This document shows, one piece after another, positions 47,213-59,384 of a stretch of DNA of 64,000 bases. The notes under the pieces were generated by a model. It had not been told where the DNA came from. It did no database searches and was given only the letters and a program-made list of their open reading frames with translations. This DNA is from Macrostomum lignano (Eukaryota). The DNA lies in the NCBI GenBank assembly GCA_002269645.1, contig NIVC01000027.1:1-64000 (forward strand), written 5' to 3'. The stretch's first letter is position 1. Each line of letters starts with the position of its first letter. The translations under genes and the position numbers were made by a program.

Positions 47213-48270
47213 CTTATCACAGTTCCCCCTTCTCCAGTGCCCCCCAGTCTCCACAGTTCCCCCTTCTCCAGTGCCCCCCAGTCTCCACAGTTCCCCCTTC
47301 TCCAGTGCCCCCCCAGTCTCCATAGTTCCCCTTCTTCAGTGCCCCCCAGTCTCCACAGTTCCCCCTTCTCCAGTGCCCCCCCCCAGTCTCCACAGTTCCC
47401 CCTTCTCCGGTGCCCCCCCAGTCTCCACAGTTCCCCCTTCTCCGGTGCCCCCCCAGTCTCCACAGTTCCCCCTTCTCCGGTGCCCCCCCAGTCTCCACAG
47501 TTCCCCCTTCTCCGGTGCCCCCCCCAGTCTCCACAGTTCCCCCTTCTTCAGTGCCCCCCCCCAGTCTCCACAGTTCCCCCTTCTCCGGTGCCCCCCCCAG
47601 TCTCCACAGTTCCCCCTTCTCCAGTGCCCCCCCCCAGTCTCCACAGTTCCCCCTTCTCCGGTGCCCCCCCGTCTCCACAGTTCCCCTTCTCCAGTGCCCC
47701 CCCCCAGTCTCCACAGTTCCCCCTTCTCCAGTGCCCCCCCCAGTCTCCACAGTTCCCCCTTCTCCAGTGCCCCCCCCTAGTCTCCACAGTTCCCCCTTCT
47801 CCAGTGCCCCCCAGTCTCCACAGTTCCCCCTTCTCCAGGGCTCTTCTCTTCACAGTGCCCCCGTCTCCCCAATGCTCTTCTCTTCGCAGTGCCTCCTTCT
47901 CTAGTGCTCTTCTCTTCGCAGTGCCTCCTTCTCTAGTGCTCTTCTCTTCGCAGTGCCCCTCTCTTCACATTGTCCCTCTCTTCACAGTTCCCCTCTCTTC
48001 ACAGTGCCCCTCTCTTCACAGTTCCCCTTTCTTCACAGTGCCCCTCTCTTCACAGTGCCCCTCTCTTCACAGTGCCCCTCTCTTCACAGTTCCCCTTTCT
48101 TCACAGTGCCCCTCTCTTCACAGTGCCCCTCTCTTCACAGTGCCCCTCTCTTCACAGTGCCCCTCTCTTCACAGTGCCCCCTTCTCTAGAGCCGCCTTCT
48201 CCACAGTTCCCCTTTTTTACAGTGCCCCGTCTCCTAAATGCCCCCTTCTCCTCATGGCCCCCTTCTCCTC
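47213..48270. repeat. Compound C-rich minisatellite: ~33-36-bp (CAGTCTCCACAGTTCCCCCTTCTCCAGTGCCCCCC)n grading into ~17-19-bp (CTCTCTTCACAGTGCCC)n
   Basis: Directly visible; explains the many Pro/Gly-rich ORFs. Confidence 0.93.
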
Positions 48271-48387
48271 ATGCCCCCCTTCAACACAGTGCCACATTCT
48301 CCCCAATGTCTCCTCTCTGCAGTTGTTTGCAAAGACGGAGCCAAATGCCAAATGACACTATTTATTTTTTCTATCAAATTTTCAGCC

Positions 48388-48840
48388 ATGGAGCGAGTTG
48401 CCTACATGCCGTTTCAAGTGACCTCGGATCACGGCGACACGCGTCGCGAAGAGTATCTAATGTCAACACTGCGCATCAGCGATCAAGATCCTGCACTGTT
48501 TAATTGTTCCTTTAGAGGCCGGCCGATCAGCGGTAAGACTATTCGAGAATTACCCCACGGATGCGTGGGTCATCTGGTCACCCTGCTGCCCAGACCCAGC
48601 GATGCCGAGGTCGTTATTGACGACAACAAAAGCGATGGTCGACAAGTTCGCGTTGAAGAGACTTTTTCTAGCATGTCTGTGTGCAGTCTGGGCAGCAGGC
48701 ACCATCACACGGACAAATTGTCCCAGGCTATTACCAGCTGGATGAAGCTTAGCCGCCTGATTCACGATCCCATTGATAAAGACAGTGTGAATGCTACCAC
48801 TGCTAATGATGATACTACTGAGAATGACAATGCTAAGTAG
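48388..48840 (+). CDS. RNASEH2C: Ribonuclease H2 subunit C (non-catalytic)
   Basis: Motifs MPFQV, CSFRGRPISG...LPHGCVG, VEETF and WMKLSRLIHDP match the RNase H2C pattern (FRGRxLxG...PxGyxG...WxxxaxxIH). ATG lies 2 nt after the acceptor TTTTCAG; a short upstream exon (47026-47071) is possible. Confidence 0.78.
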   Translation: MERVAYMPFQVTSDHGDTRREEYLMSTLRISDQDPALFNCSFRGRPISGKTIRELPHGCVGHLVTLLPRPSDAEVVIDDNKSDGRQVRVEETFSSMSVCSLGSRHHHTDKLSQAITSWMKLSRLIHDPIDKDSVNATTANDDTTENDNAK

Positions 48841-49454
48841 TTTAATTAATAAGAACTCTTACCTAAATTAATGCATGATGATAAATGACTTTAACTTCAG
48901 CGTTACCGTTGCAATCTCTGTAAATTTGTTTCTCCATTGCTGTACTTTAAAAAGTCAATTATGTTCTATATAAATCGTTAAAAAATCAAATCATCTCATA
49001 ACGGTTTTGTTTTAACTTTCCTATTATAATATTTTACATGGGCATAGTTGCATTTTAAAATTGATAACTAATCTATAAGTACATTGTGAAACTTGCATTT
49101 TTCTATAATGTTGCTTTTTATCGAATGATCTGTTGGTCAGTTAAACGTATTCTGTTTAGCTTTTTTATTTTTCGTTTGCCACATGTTAGGTTAAGCTATA
49201 GGAATTAGTTAAGGATAGGCATTAATAATGTGTGAGTCTGACCCTTAGGGCACAAAGAGTGTCCATCCCTGACAATTAGAAAGTCAGGGTCGTTGCACAC
49301 ACTGTGTGAGCGTGTGTGTGAGTGCGTGCTTTGTGTGTAATTTGCCGCCAGCGCTGGTTGTTGTTGGACGCAACAGTCTTGTAAATGTTTAGATATTTAT
49401 TATCTTATTTATACTGCTTTGCAAACACATGCATGCCATTGTTCCAGCCTAATA

Positions 49455-50985
49455 ATGTATCAGCGTCTCTATCGATCCGTCCGATTTCTCTCTGGACTCG
49501 CCGTTCAACGGCAGCAGCAGTTGTCTGCTATCAGCAATTTGACTGGCATTTCTAGAAGCTCTCAACTTTGTAGTCATCGATTGATGTCGTCTACTTCTTC
49601 GGAGGCCGACGCTGGCGCTCCTGGAGTCGGTGGCGAGGCTGATGACGCCCAGAAGCTGGAGCAGCAGCAGCAGGAGGTTGCGGCTCTGGCTAAACGTTGC
49701 TCGGAATTACAAACAGCTATGGATCAGCTGCAGGTGAAGCTTATTTAATTGTTTTTATTGAATTGAATTAAAATTCATGAGAGTCAGGGCCGCCGTGCGA
49801 GTGTGCGTCCCTGTGCGGGCGTGTGTCTGTGTAAATATTCTTGCTTCAATACCTTTCAGGGCCATATTAAACACTGTTGCAGTGTATTCTACTTCTGCAG
49901 AGTAGTAGTATTAGAACATTTTTAAAAATAGTTTGTTTCGTAATCGTATCTAACTTTGAACAGGACAAGTACGTTCGCGCTCTAGCCGAAAGTGAGAACA
50001 CCAGGCGTCGATTGACTAGACAAGCCGAAGAGGCTCGGATATTTGGTATCTCCGCATTCTGCAAGGATCTCCTCGACGTTGCCGACGTTCTGGCTAAGGC
50101 GAACGAGACCGCGCCACCTGAGGCAGATCCCACTCTGGTGGAGGGTCTGCGCATGACTGAGGCCCAGCTCAAACAGGTGAGTAACTGGCTGACTTTGTGG
50201 AGTACCTTTGTTCTTGTGTCCTTAATCAATTGTGATCGTGTCCTTGGTTGGTTGTGAGATTGTGTCCTTGGTTGGTTGTGAGATTGTGTCCTTGGTTGGT
50301 TGTGAGATTGTGTCCTTGGTTAGCTGTGAGATTGTGTCCTTGGTTGGTTGTGAGATTGTGTCCTTGGTTAGCTGTGAGATTGTGTCCTTGGTTGGTTGTG
50401 AGATTGTGTCCTTGGTTAGCTGTGAGATTGTGTCCTTAGTTGGTTGTGAGATTGTGTCCTTATAGTTGGTTTTGAGATCGTGTCCTTAGTTGATTGCGAG
50501 ATCGTGCCCTTAGTTGGTTTTGAGATCGTGTCCTTGGTTAGTTGTGAGATTGTGTCCTTGGTTGGTTGTGAGATTGTGTCCTTGGTTAGCTGTGAGATTG
50601 TGTCCTTAGTTGGTTGTGAGATTGTGTCCTTAGTTGATTGCGAGATCGTGCCCTTAGTTGGTTTTGAGATCGTGTCCTTGATTGGTTATGAGATCGTATC
50701 CTTAGTTTGAGATCGTGCCCTTAGTTTGTTATGAGATCGTGTCCTTGATTAGTTATAAGATCGTGTCATTCCTGGCCACTTCAGGTGTTCCGACGTCACA
50801 AGCTTGAGCCAATAAAACCCGACGTTGGCGAGAAGTTCGACCCGAATCAGCACGAGGCCCTATTCGAAGTGCCCGTTGCCGAGAATTGCCAACCAGGCAC
50901 TGTTGCCGTAGTTACAAAGGTTGGCTACCGTCTGCACGAGAGAACCCTTCGTCCAGCTCTTGTTGGCGTGGTCAAATACACCTGA
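49455..50985 (+). CDS. GRPEL1: Mitochondrial GrpE nucleotide-exchange factor (GRPEL-like); exons 49455-49733, 49964-50176, 50785-50985
   Basis: Arg/Ser-rich mitochondrial-presequence-like N-terminus; DKYVRALAESENTRRR, FCKDLLDVADVL, EGLRMTEAQL, KFDPNQHEALF, GYRLHERTLRPALVGV. All introns phase 0 with GT-AG. AATAAA at 51077. Confidence 0.93.
50225..50770. repeat. 24-bp minisatellite (GAGATTGTGTCCTTGGTTGGTTGT)n in GrpE intron 2
   Basis: Directly visible. Confidence 0.93.
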
Positions 50986-52187
50986 ACATTTTAGTTACAC
51001 CAATAGTTCTAACGGGGTGTTTTGATCGTATATATTATATAGTGTTTGCAATTAATCTGTGCTGGGCTATTTGTTAAATAAATGAGCTTTTATAAAAACC
51101 GTGTGGGAGGAGTATTGATCAAGCACCCTGTCTATTTAGCTTTTCTTTAGGTAAGAACTTAAGTCTAAAGAGTAACTTTTGTCTTTGCATTACTACTAGG
51201 TACTAACTATGCACCCCTCTGATTCAGTAGTATCGTTCGAATGACGGAAGATAAGAAAGTTGCGCTTCTTTGCCATCTCATTGTACGATCCACTTGCAAC
51301 TTATACGCCTTTCGTTGCGTACTGATCGATATATTCAGTCTGTTCTGCATACGATTGTCAAGGTCGTTTTGCCGGTTATCCTTTATTTTTAATAGCTAAT
51401 AATAGGATTTGCATTTGCTCTTGTATGGAACATGAATGTTACTTTGAGCAAATAAACTGAAGCAGCAACGTACGTAAGAAAAAGACTTACTTAAGTTGCT
51501 TCTCGTGAAGTTATTTGATTGTAACTGCAACGAATCAGTTTTGGTTGTTTAACATTTTTCTTCATTTTAATTGAATAAATAAACTACTTGACGGCTTGAC
51601 AGGCACAATATGATTTAAATGTACTGCAACAAATACAAATAACCTGAAAATGAAGGAATGATTGCTCAGAATCTCATGTAAGCTCTTTCATGTACAATGT
51701 TCAATGCATGTTAGAGTACATACATCGTGCATCTCGTCTCTTGGTACATCTTTGACTTTTTCTGAGCTTTCACAATTTTTATTCCCCTTAATGGTTTAAT
51801 TGACGTTTTGATACTACAAAAGTATACAGGCTTTTTCATTAAAACCCGAAATACCCCAAGTTGGCAATGATTAAGATTTGTTAACGGAGAGTTACATATT
51901 CAGCTGAAAATAGCATTAAATACCCATGTAAACAGAAAATTAAGACTGCAGACAGTTGTTTCGTCAATAATTATAATATGCCAGTACGAGCTACTATATA
52001 ATTAAGGTATTTATGAAGGACAATTTACGTACAAGAGCAACAAGCTTTTTGCTGTTGAAAGCTAGCTATTCCCTAAAACTGGGGTTGTTGCTTCGCCGTT
52101 TGAATTGAACGTGCGTGGGCATGCAGACCCAAATCTAAAAATAACATTTTTACACGCCTCAAGTAGGCGTGTTGCTTTCGCATAAGA

Positions 52188-52273
52188 CCACGTCAGCCTT
52201 AGGGAATTCCTAACGGAATCACCCAATAGTGTCATGGCAACTGTCTTGCGCCGACCAATAGAAAGCGACCACA
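52188..52273 (+). promoter_or_regulatory. Unfolded-protein-response elements upstream of GRP94: UPRE and ERSE
   Basis: CCACGTCA at 52188-52195 is the reverse complement of UPRE TGACGTGG. CCAAT-agaaagcga-CCACA at 52255-52273 has the exact ERSE spacing CCAAT-N9-CCAC(G/A). Both lie 150-240 nt upstream of the ATG. Confidence 0.65.
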
Positions 52274-52423
52274 TCTAATTGCGTCTTACTAATCTGCTTT
52301 CCGCGCCAATTTAAACACGAACGCAAGAAGAAAACTTTCTTTTAAACTGTCTTTCTGACTAGTTAATTATATTACAATTAAGTTCTCATTTTGTGTTTCC
52401 TGGCTACAGAAGCATCTTTCACA

Positions 52424-55400
52424 ATGCAAAGAGGATACTTCTACTTTGCATTTACCTTGCTGCTTGTCTTTGGTAAGTGAACCACTGCTCATTTAATTAG
52501 AAATATATCAATTGTAAATTGTATTGACATTGCAAAAATGGTTTCCTGTTGCCTGTTGGTTGGGTCGGGTTTCTTCATTGCTAAAAATTTCTGTGATGTG
52601 CTCTGCAGCTGTTTTTTGTCAAATAGGCCTAGCTATTTTCATAAAACATAATGTTTGCATTAATTAGTTAGCTTAGTAGCTCTTTAAGAATCAGATTTTT
52701 TATTTTAATTTCTAATACTGTCTTTGACTCTTAAATTCTCATAATTGCCTTCTATTGTCAGACATTGACAACAAAAGCCAGTGACAATTTTAGGAAACAG
52801 GAGGCCAAAGGGCATGCTATTATAAGATGTGGCCAAAAATTCTATATCTTTGATGGCATGCCTCTTTTGATTATCTAGTTATAGGTTGCTGCTTTCATTT
52901 TTATTCATACCTTGTCTTAAGCAAAGCTATTATACTAGCTAATCTAAACTAATTGATTTTGAAAGTGTTTAGTTTAAAAATGAATTCAAAAGTAGTTTTC
53001 AAAATCTTTTTTGGCTTGGCTAGACAAATAATAATCTAAAAATGGCTTTCTTTTAAAACTATCAGTATAAAAGTTATCAATTATTGCCTAGTAGTTGCTA
53101 TATACTAATACATATGATTTATATAAATGGTTTATATACTCACCAATATTGAAAAGTCACTTATCCTATATGCCAATAGGCAATTTGTCTTGGACTAGTC
53201 CGAAATAAAAGATGCTAAAAAACTCAAGGGTAGCTTTAATCTATTCAACCTTTTTGCATACTTATCTCCCATTCCTCCTATTTCATTTCTTTACCCAAGT
53301 CTATTGCAACATAGCTAAGTTGTGTCACTTGCAAATATTGGAAGACTTGACCTGCATTCTCAAAACAACAAAAGTGGCAACTATAAATAGAATCTTCCAT
53401 GATGGCACTTTTTAATAATGTTGCTAAGTATATAATAACAAAGTAATGTTTGTTTTCCATTTTCAATATATATGAAGCCAAGCAATAATACAATTCTGTC
53501 CTAATCTGCTTTCTTACCTTGGATTTCACCTGCAGGCATCCTGTCCTCGCTGGTGCCCCCGGCCCAGTCGTCGCAGCAATCTGACGATGCCAGCAAAGTG
53601 ATGGAGCCAACTGGTAGCGACAAAGTTGGCTCCAAAACTGACGACCGCGTGGTCGAACGCGAGGAGCAGGCCATCAAGCTCGATGGTCTCAACGCTGCTC
53701 AAGTTAAAGAGCTTCGCGAAAAGGCCGAGAAGTTCACCTTCCAGGCTGAGGTTGATCGAATGATGAAGCTAATTATCAATTCGCTCTACAAGAACAAGGA
53801 GATCTTCCTTCGCGAGCTCATCTCCAATGCTAGCGATGCCCTGGATAAGATCCGCTTCCTGTCTCTCACTAACAAGGAGGTCCTGTCTGCTACCGACGAC
53901 CTCAGCATCCGCATCAAGGCCGATAAGGACGCGAAGACTTTGCACGTGATTGACACCGGCATCGGCATGACCAAGGAGGATTTAGTGAAGAATCTGGGCA
54001 CAATTGCCAAGTCGGGCACATCGGAATTCTTTAATAAATTCAACGAGGCCAAGTCTCAGACTGAGATGACGGATTTGATTGGCCAGTTTGGTGTTGGATT
54101 TTACAGCGCCTTCCTTGTCGCAGATCGGGTCACCGTCATTACTAAGAATAACGACGACAAGCAGTACATCTGGGAGTCCGATGCCAGCAGCTTCTCTATT
54201 AATGAGGATCCTAGGTGAGAAAATGACTTTAGAGTTATCTTTCAAAGAATTTAAAGGATTTCTAGGCCAATTTAAATGTTTAATAGTCAATTAGACTAGG
54301 TAGTAGAGATTTGTAACAGCACACTCAGATAAGTAAGAAAGCGGTAAACTTTCGTGCTTCAAAGGGCCAGATTGAGAACCTAACATATAATTGCGGGCCA
54401 GAGGAGGGGAGAGAGGTAATAGAGAAGATAGATGGGAGGAGAGCTGAGGGAGAGGAAAGGAGTGAGAATAGAAGAGAAGGAGAGGAGAGATGAAGAGAAG
54501 AGAGAGAAAAAAAGGGGAGGAGAGAGAAGAGAGGAGACTGGAGAGGAGAGGAAAGAAAAAGAGGATATTAGAGAGAAGGGAGCTGAGAAGAGACAAACCT
54601 TGAGCAGGCCGGATTGCTATTGTGAAGTTTCAATGGACCCGAAGACCGGATAGAGAGGCTTTGCGGGGGGGAGTTTTCCGACCCCTGCTCTAAATCCTAC
54701 AACTGCAGGCAAATCACCCGCTTTGCAGAGGCAACACGCTGAAGCGGGGCACCGAGATCATTTTGCACATGAAAGATGAAGGCCTGGACTGGCTGGAGCC
54801 CAGCAGCCTGCGCGATCTCATTGTGAAGTACTCGCAGTTCATCAACTTCCCAATCTACGTGTGGGAGAGTCGCACCGAGACAGTTGAAGAGGCAGCCGAG
54901 AAGTCCGAGGAGAAGAAGGAGAAGAAAGACGAGGACGCCACGGTAGAGGAGGAGAAAGAGAAAGCCGAGCCGAAGAAGGTTGAGAAGACTGTGTGGGACT
55001 GGCGCCTGGTCAACGAGAACAAGCCCATCTGGACCAGGAAGCCGGCCGAGATCACTGACAGCGAGTACAACCAGTTCTTCAAGTCCTTCACGAAGGCTAG
55101 CGAGGATCCTCTGGCCAAGACTCACTTTGTTGCCGAAGGCGAGGTCACATTCAAGAGCATCTTATTCGTCCCTAAGACTGCCGACTTTGACGCCTGGTCG
55201 AACTTTGGCAAGAAAACTGACAACATCAAGATGTACGTTCGACGAGTGTTTATCACCGACAACTTCGAAGAGATGATGCCAAAGTATCTCAGCTTCATCA
55301 AGGGCATTGTTGATTCGGACGATTTGCCATTGAACGTCAGCCGAGAGACTCTGCAGCAGCACAAGCTACTTAAAGTAATCAAGAAGAAACTGGTTCGCAA

Positions 55401-57283
55401 AGCTCTCGACATGATTAAGAAAATCGAGCCGGAAAAGTACAAGGAGTTCTGGAAGGAGTACTCTACTAACATCAAGGTTGGCATCACGGATGACGCCGCT
55501 AACAGGACTCGGCTGTCTAAGCTGCTGATGTTCTGGTCCTCGAACAATGACAAAGAGCAGGTGTCTCTGGCCGACTACGTGAGCAGGATGAAGGAGAAGC
55601 AGGAGAACATCTACTTCATCTCTGGACAATCTCGCAAAGAAGTTGAAACTTCGCCGTTTGTTGAGAAGCTACTGAAACGCGGCTACGAAGTCCTGTACCT
55701 GCTGGAGCCAATCGACCAGTATGCCATCCAGTCCCTGCCCGAGTTCGAGGGCAAGAAGTTCCAGAATGCCGCCAAGGACGGCTTGAAGATTGGCGAAGAG
55801 ACCGCCGAGGTCAAGGAGCGACGCGAGGCCATGGTGAAGGACTTTGAGCCGTTGACCAAATGGCTGCAGGAGACCGCTTTGAAGGACAAGATTGAGAAGG
55901 CTCAGATCTCCGACAGATTGGCTTCCTCCCCGTGCGCTCTGGTGGCCTCCCAGTACGGCTGGGACGCCGCTATGGATCGGGTGATGCGAGCTCAAGCCTA
56001 CCAGAAGGCTGGCGATCCGTCTCAGGTAAGTTCAGATTGGGATTAGCGGTTTGCTCGTATGTTATGGGCCATTAAATTTCAAAAAACCTTTCTTGATGCT
56101 CAAAATATCAAAATTCTCAAACGTCCCATTGACACACAGGGCTCAAATATCCGATTGACACACAGGGCTCAAATATCCCATTGACTCAGTGCTCAAATAT
56201 CCCATTGACTCAGTGCTCAAATATCCCATTGACTCAGTGCTCAAATATTCCATTGACACACAGGGCTCATATATCCCCATTGACACAGTGCTCAATATCT
56301 CATTGACACAGTGCTTAAATATCCCCATTGACACAGTGCTCAAATATCCCCATTGACACAATGCTCAAATATCCCATTGACACACAGGGCTCAAATATCC
56401 CCATTGACACAATGCTCAAATATCCCATTGACACACAGTGTTCAAATATCCCCATTGACACAGTGCTCAAATATCCCCATTGACACAATGCTCAAATATC
56501 CCATTGACACACAGTGTTCAAATATCCCCATTGACACAGTGCTCAAATATCCGATTGACACACAGGGCTCAAATATCCCATTGACTCTGTGCTCAAATAT
56601 CCCATTGATTCAGTGCTCAAATATCCCATTGACACAGTGCTCAATATCTCATTGACACAGTGCTTAAATATCAACATATATCCCATTGACTCAGTGCTCA
56701 AATATCATTGACACAGTGTTAAAACATTCGATTTAGTTCCTAAAAAGTAAAGGCATTGGGATAGTACTGTATAAGGTACTCAATTAGTCCCTGCCACCAC
56801 TCATTAACTCTACGTCACACCCTCAAACAGGTGCACTTCGCCTCCCAGAAGAAGATTCTGGAGATCAACCCGCGCCATCCGCTCATCAAAGAGCTCAAAC
56901 GTCGCAGCGCCGATTCCCCAGACGACAAAACCGCCAACCAGCTGGCCACCATCCTGTACGAGGCCGCCACCCTGCGCAGCGGCTACGCCCTGGAGGACTC
57001 GTCAGGCTTCGCTGAACGTCTCGAAGCCATGCTGCGTCGTTCGGTGAACATTCCCGAGTCGGAGACAGTCGAAGAGGACGACCTGGACGGCGCCGCCGCT
57101 TCCCCACCGTCGACAGACGAGACGGCGAAAAAGACGGACGAATCTGCGACGGTGAGTGTTTGAAATTTCTTCTATATGACGAAAGATATTTTAGTCTTGT
57201 GAATTTGGATCATATTTTAATTCATTGCCACACACTTATTTTTCTCCTACATACATTTTATATTTCAGAAAACCGAGTTGTAA
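52424..57283 (+). CDS. HSP90B1: Endoplasmin/GRP94 (ER HSP90); exons 52424-52472, 53536-54214, 54729-56025, 56831-57151, 57269-57283
   Basis: Signal peptide [16 protein letters not shown]; [16 protein letters not shown] (GRP94-specific), [67 protein letters not shown]; C-terminal KTEL-stop. Splice phases 1, 2, 0, 0 are all consistent. Confidence 0.97.
54333..54687. mobile_element. hAT/Charlie (MER58-like) MITE with GA-rich interior, copy 2, in GRP94 intron 2
   Basis: Shares AAGGGCCAGA, GCGGGCCAGAGG, GAGCTGAGAAGAGAC and CCGGATAGAGAGGCTT with 18762-19068. Right end GTTTTCCGACCCCTG followed by CTCTAAAT; left end decayed. Confidence 0.6.
56120..56720. repeat. ~20-23-bp minisatellite (GTGCTCAAATATCCC(C)ATTGACACA)n in GRP94 intron 3
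   Basis: Directly visible. Confidence 0.92.
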
Positions 57284-59384
57284 TATGAATAAAACAAAGA
57301 ACTGAAAACATTTATTAGTAAATCAAAATCTTTATAATATTAAAGTTCTATATTTGAGTTGCTCCGGTAATGTTAGACTAAAAACATACAGTAATTTAAT
57401 TTATTAATAATCAGTTGCAATATGCCCGCACCCTGTGTAACTGAACACTTCACCAAAATCGTTTCATGGTTCACTTATTTTCCTAGCTATACTTTGTAGT
57501 TTGAATTTGTTCAAATTTTCTCTCTTTTATGTTGTTTTACTGTTGCCACGTTTTCTTCTGCTGTGTGTTTGTGTGTGTGTGTGTGCGTTTTTTGTGTTTC
57601 CTTTCTAGCGTCAGTGTTTTCCCTCACCTTTGTTCGATTGAAAACCCGATTTTTTGTCCTGGTGCATTTTGCCGCGCTGTCTTACATAATAATATATACT
57701 TAAGTCTTATTCAATATGTCCTTAAATTGTTTGCCAATTGATGGATTTTATTTGAAAAATAAAACACAAGCTAACTACAGAGGCGGGTACTGTCGCCTGA
57801 ACATTAAACCATTGTTCAGAAAGAGAGAACTGCTGGGAAATTTCTTGCCTCCTTCATCGAATAAGGAAAACTTGAGAATTATTGATTTGATTTGATTTGA
57901 AGACGCACGCATGAGATTCCACGTTTGCCAATTTTAGTAAATAGCGCGTTCCTATACTCACCTCTGCCTGCCTCCTCCCTTCATTATATTCGTAGAGACT
58001 TATGACTAACATACCGATAATTAATCACCTTTGAGCAGCCAGCGTCTTTATTTCAGTTATTTTTATTTTTGTTTTTTTGCTTGCGTTTTTCCTCTAACCT
58101 CTACCTAACTCTTCACGACACCCCCTAATGGATGCATTAAAAGCCGTGTCGTCAGTTATAAATTTCGCTCATCTATTTAATGTGTCGTTTTTGCATTCGT
58201 TAGAATTCGAATCGAAAAGAAAATTATATACGTGTCCTGAATAGGTATGCTACTAGCAGATATCCAAATTTAATCAGTTAATTATATTAAAATATTGCAT
58301 GATTGACTTTATTTGTTGTCTTTCTTAATTTTTATCTTTTTAGTCTACTCTTATTTATTGAACGTTGTCAACCCGTATTAACCCTTATCCTGCTAGTTCC
58401 TTGTTTGACAATTTTGGCTCCAAAAATTAAGCAGACTAATACCGATAACCTTAAATTTGAATTACCTACCTCACCTATGCTCTGTATCACTCAGTCCTCA
58501 GAAACCTTTCAAAATAATTTATTAAATTGCATGCTGCATGCATGCATGACAAGGTTCCCTATAATGCATATCGATTGCTTTTGAGCAACTGCAGCAAAAA
58601 AACCTTGCCAACATCTGGTAAGCGAGAAGTTCCCTAACTGACCAGTGAATAATACTGTGTATTTAATGTCTGAGTGTCTGAGCAGATTGCAGCGCTGGCA
58701 TGACATGAGAATTCACCGCGTGTTTGCAAATACTAATCGGGTTTTAATTCCTCTCTGTGTAGATAAGGATTGGACTTATTGATTTCCCATGGCTTTGGCT
58801 TGATTGTCGCATGCAAGCACGAGATTTTTCCTGCACCCTGAGTGAGCAACTTAAGAACAAAAATTTTCGTTTTAATTGTCCATCTACTACATGTAAGCGC
58901 TACTATTAGTAATACATTGCAGATGCTAATGCAGAAACAAACTTTTGTTGCATTTGTAAACAAGACCGTCTCCTAAAATGACCCCGTTAAGTTTCCCAGA
59001 ATGTATGCTAGGAATTGTACTCTAGGAAAGTTACACTACATGTAATTCTTTATGACGAAATGTAGCGATTGCAAGGAAGTTGCTCGATGAAGCTTTCATT
59101 TGTTGCGCTAATTGAACAGCCTTGAAAGCTGTGTGTGTTTTGTGTTTGTGTACACATCCATTGAAAGACAGCGACTGCTGGAATACGGTAGTCACCCATG
59201 TAGTGCAATTTCCAAGTAATCTTGGCCTTACATTAAAGTAGTGCGTTATCTCCTACCAGAGCCAGGGGCGTCGCCACCGGAGGAACATGGGGCCTAGGGG
59301 GGGGGGGGGACATCCCCCCAGTTAAAGCTACATGTATATGGGAGTCCCCCCTCATTTTCCCCCCTCACGAGTGCCTTCGGCGCC

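Noticed and set aside
53786-55995. Many antisense ORFs over GRP94, STAT and the LINE
   Set aside because: Shadow ORFs of GC-rich, codon-biased coding sequence.
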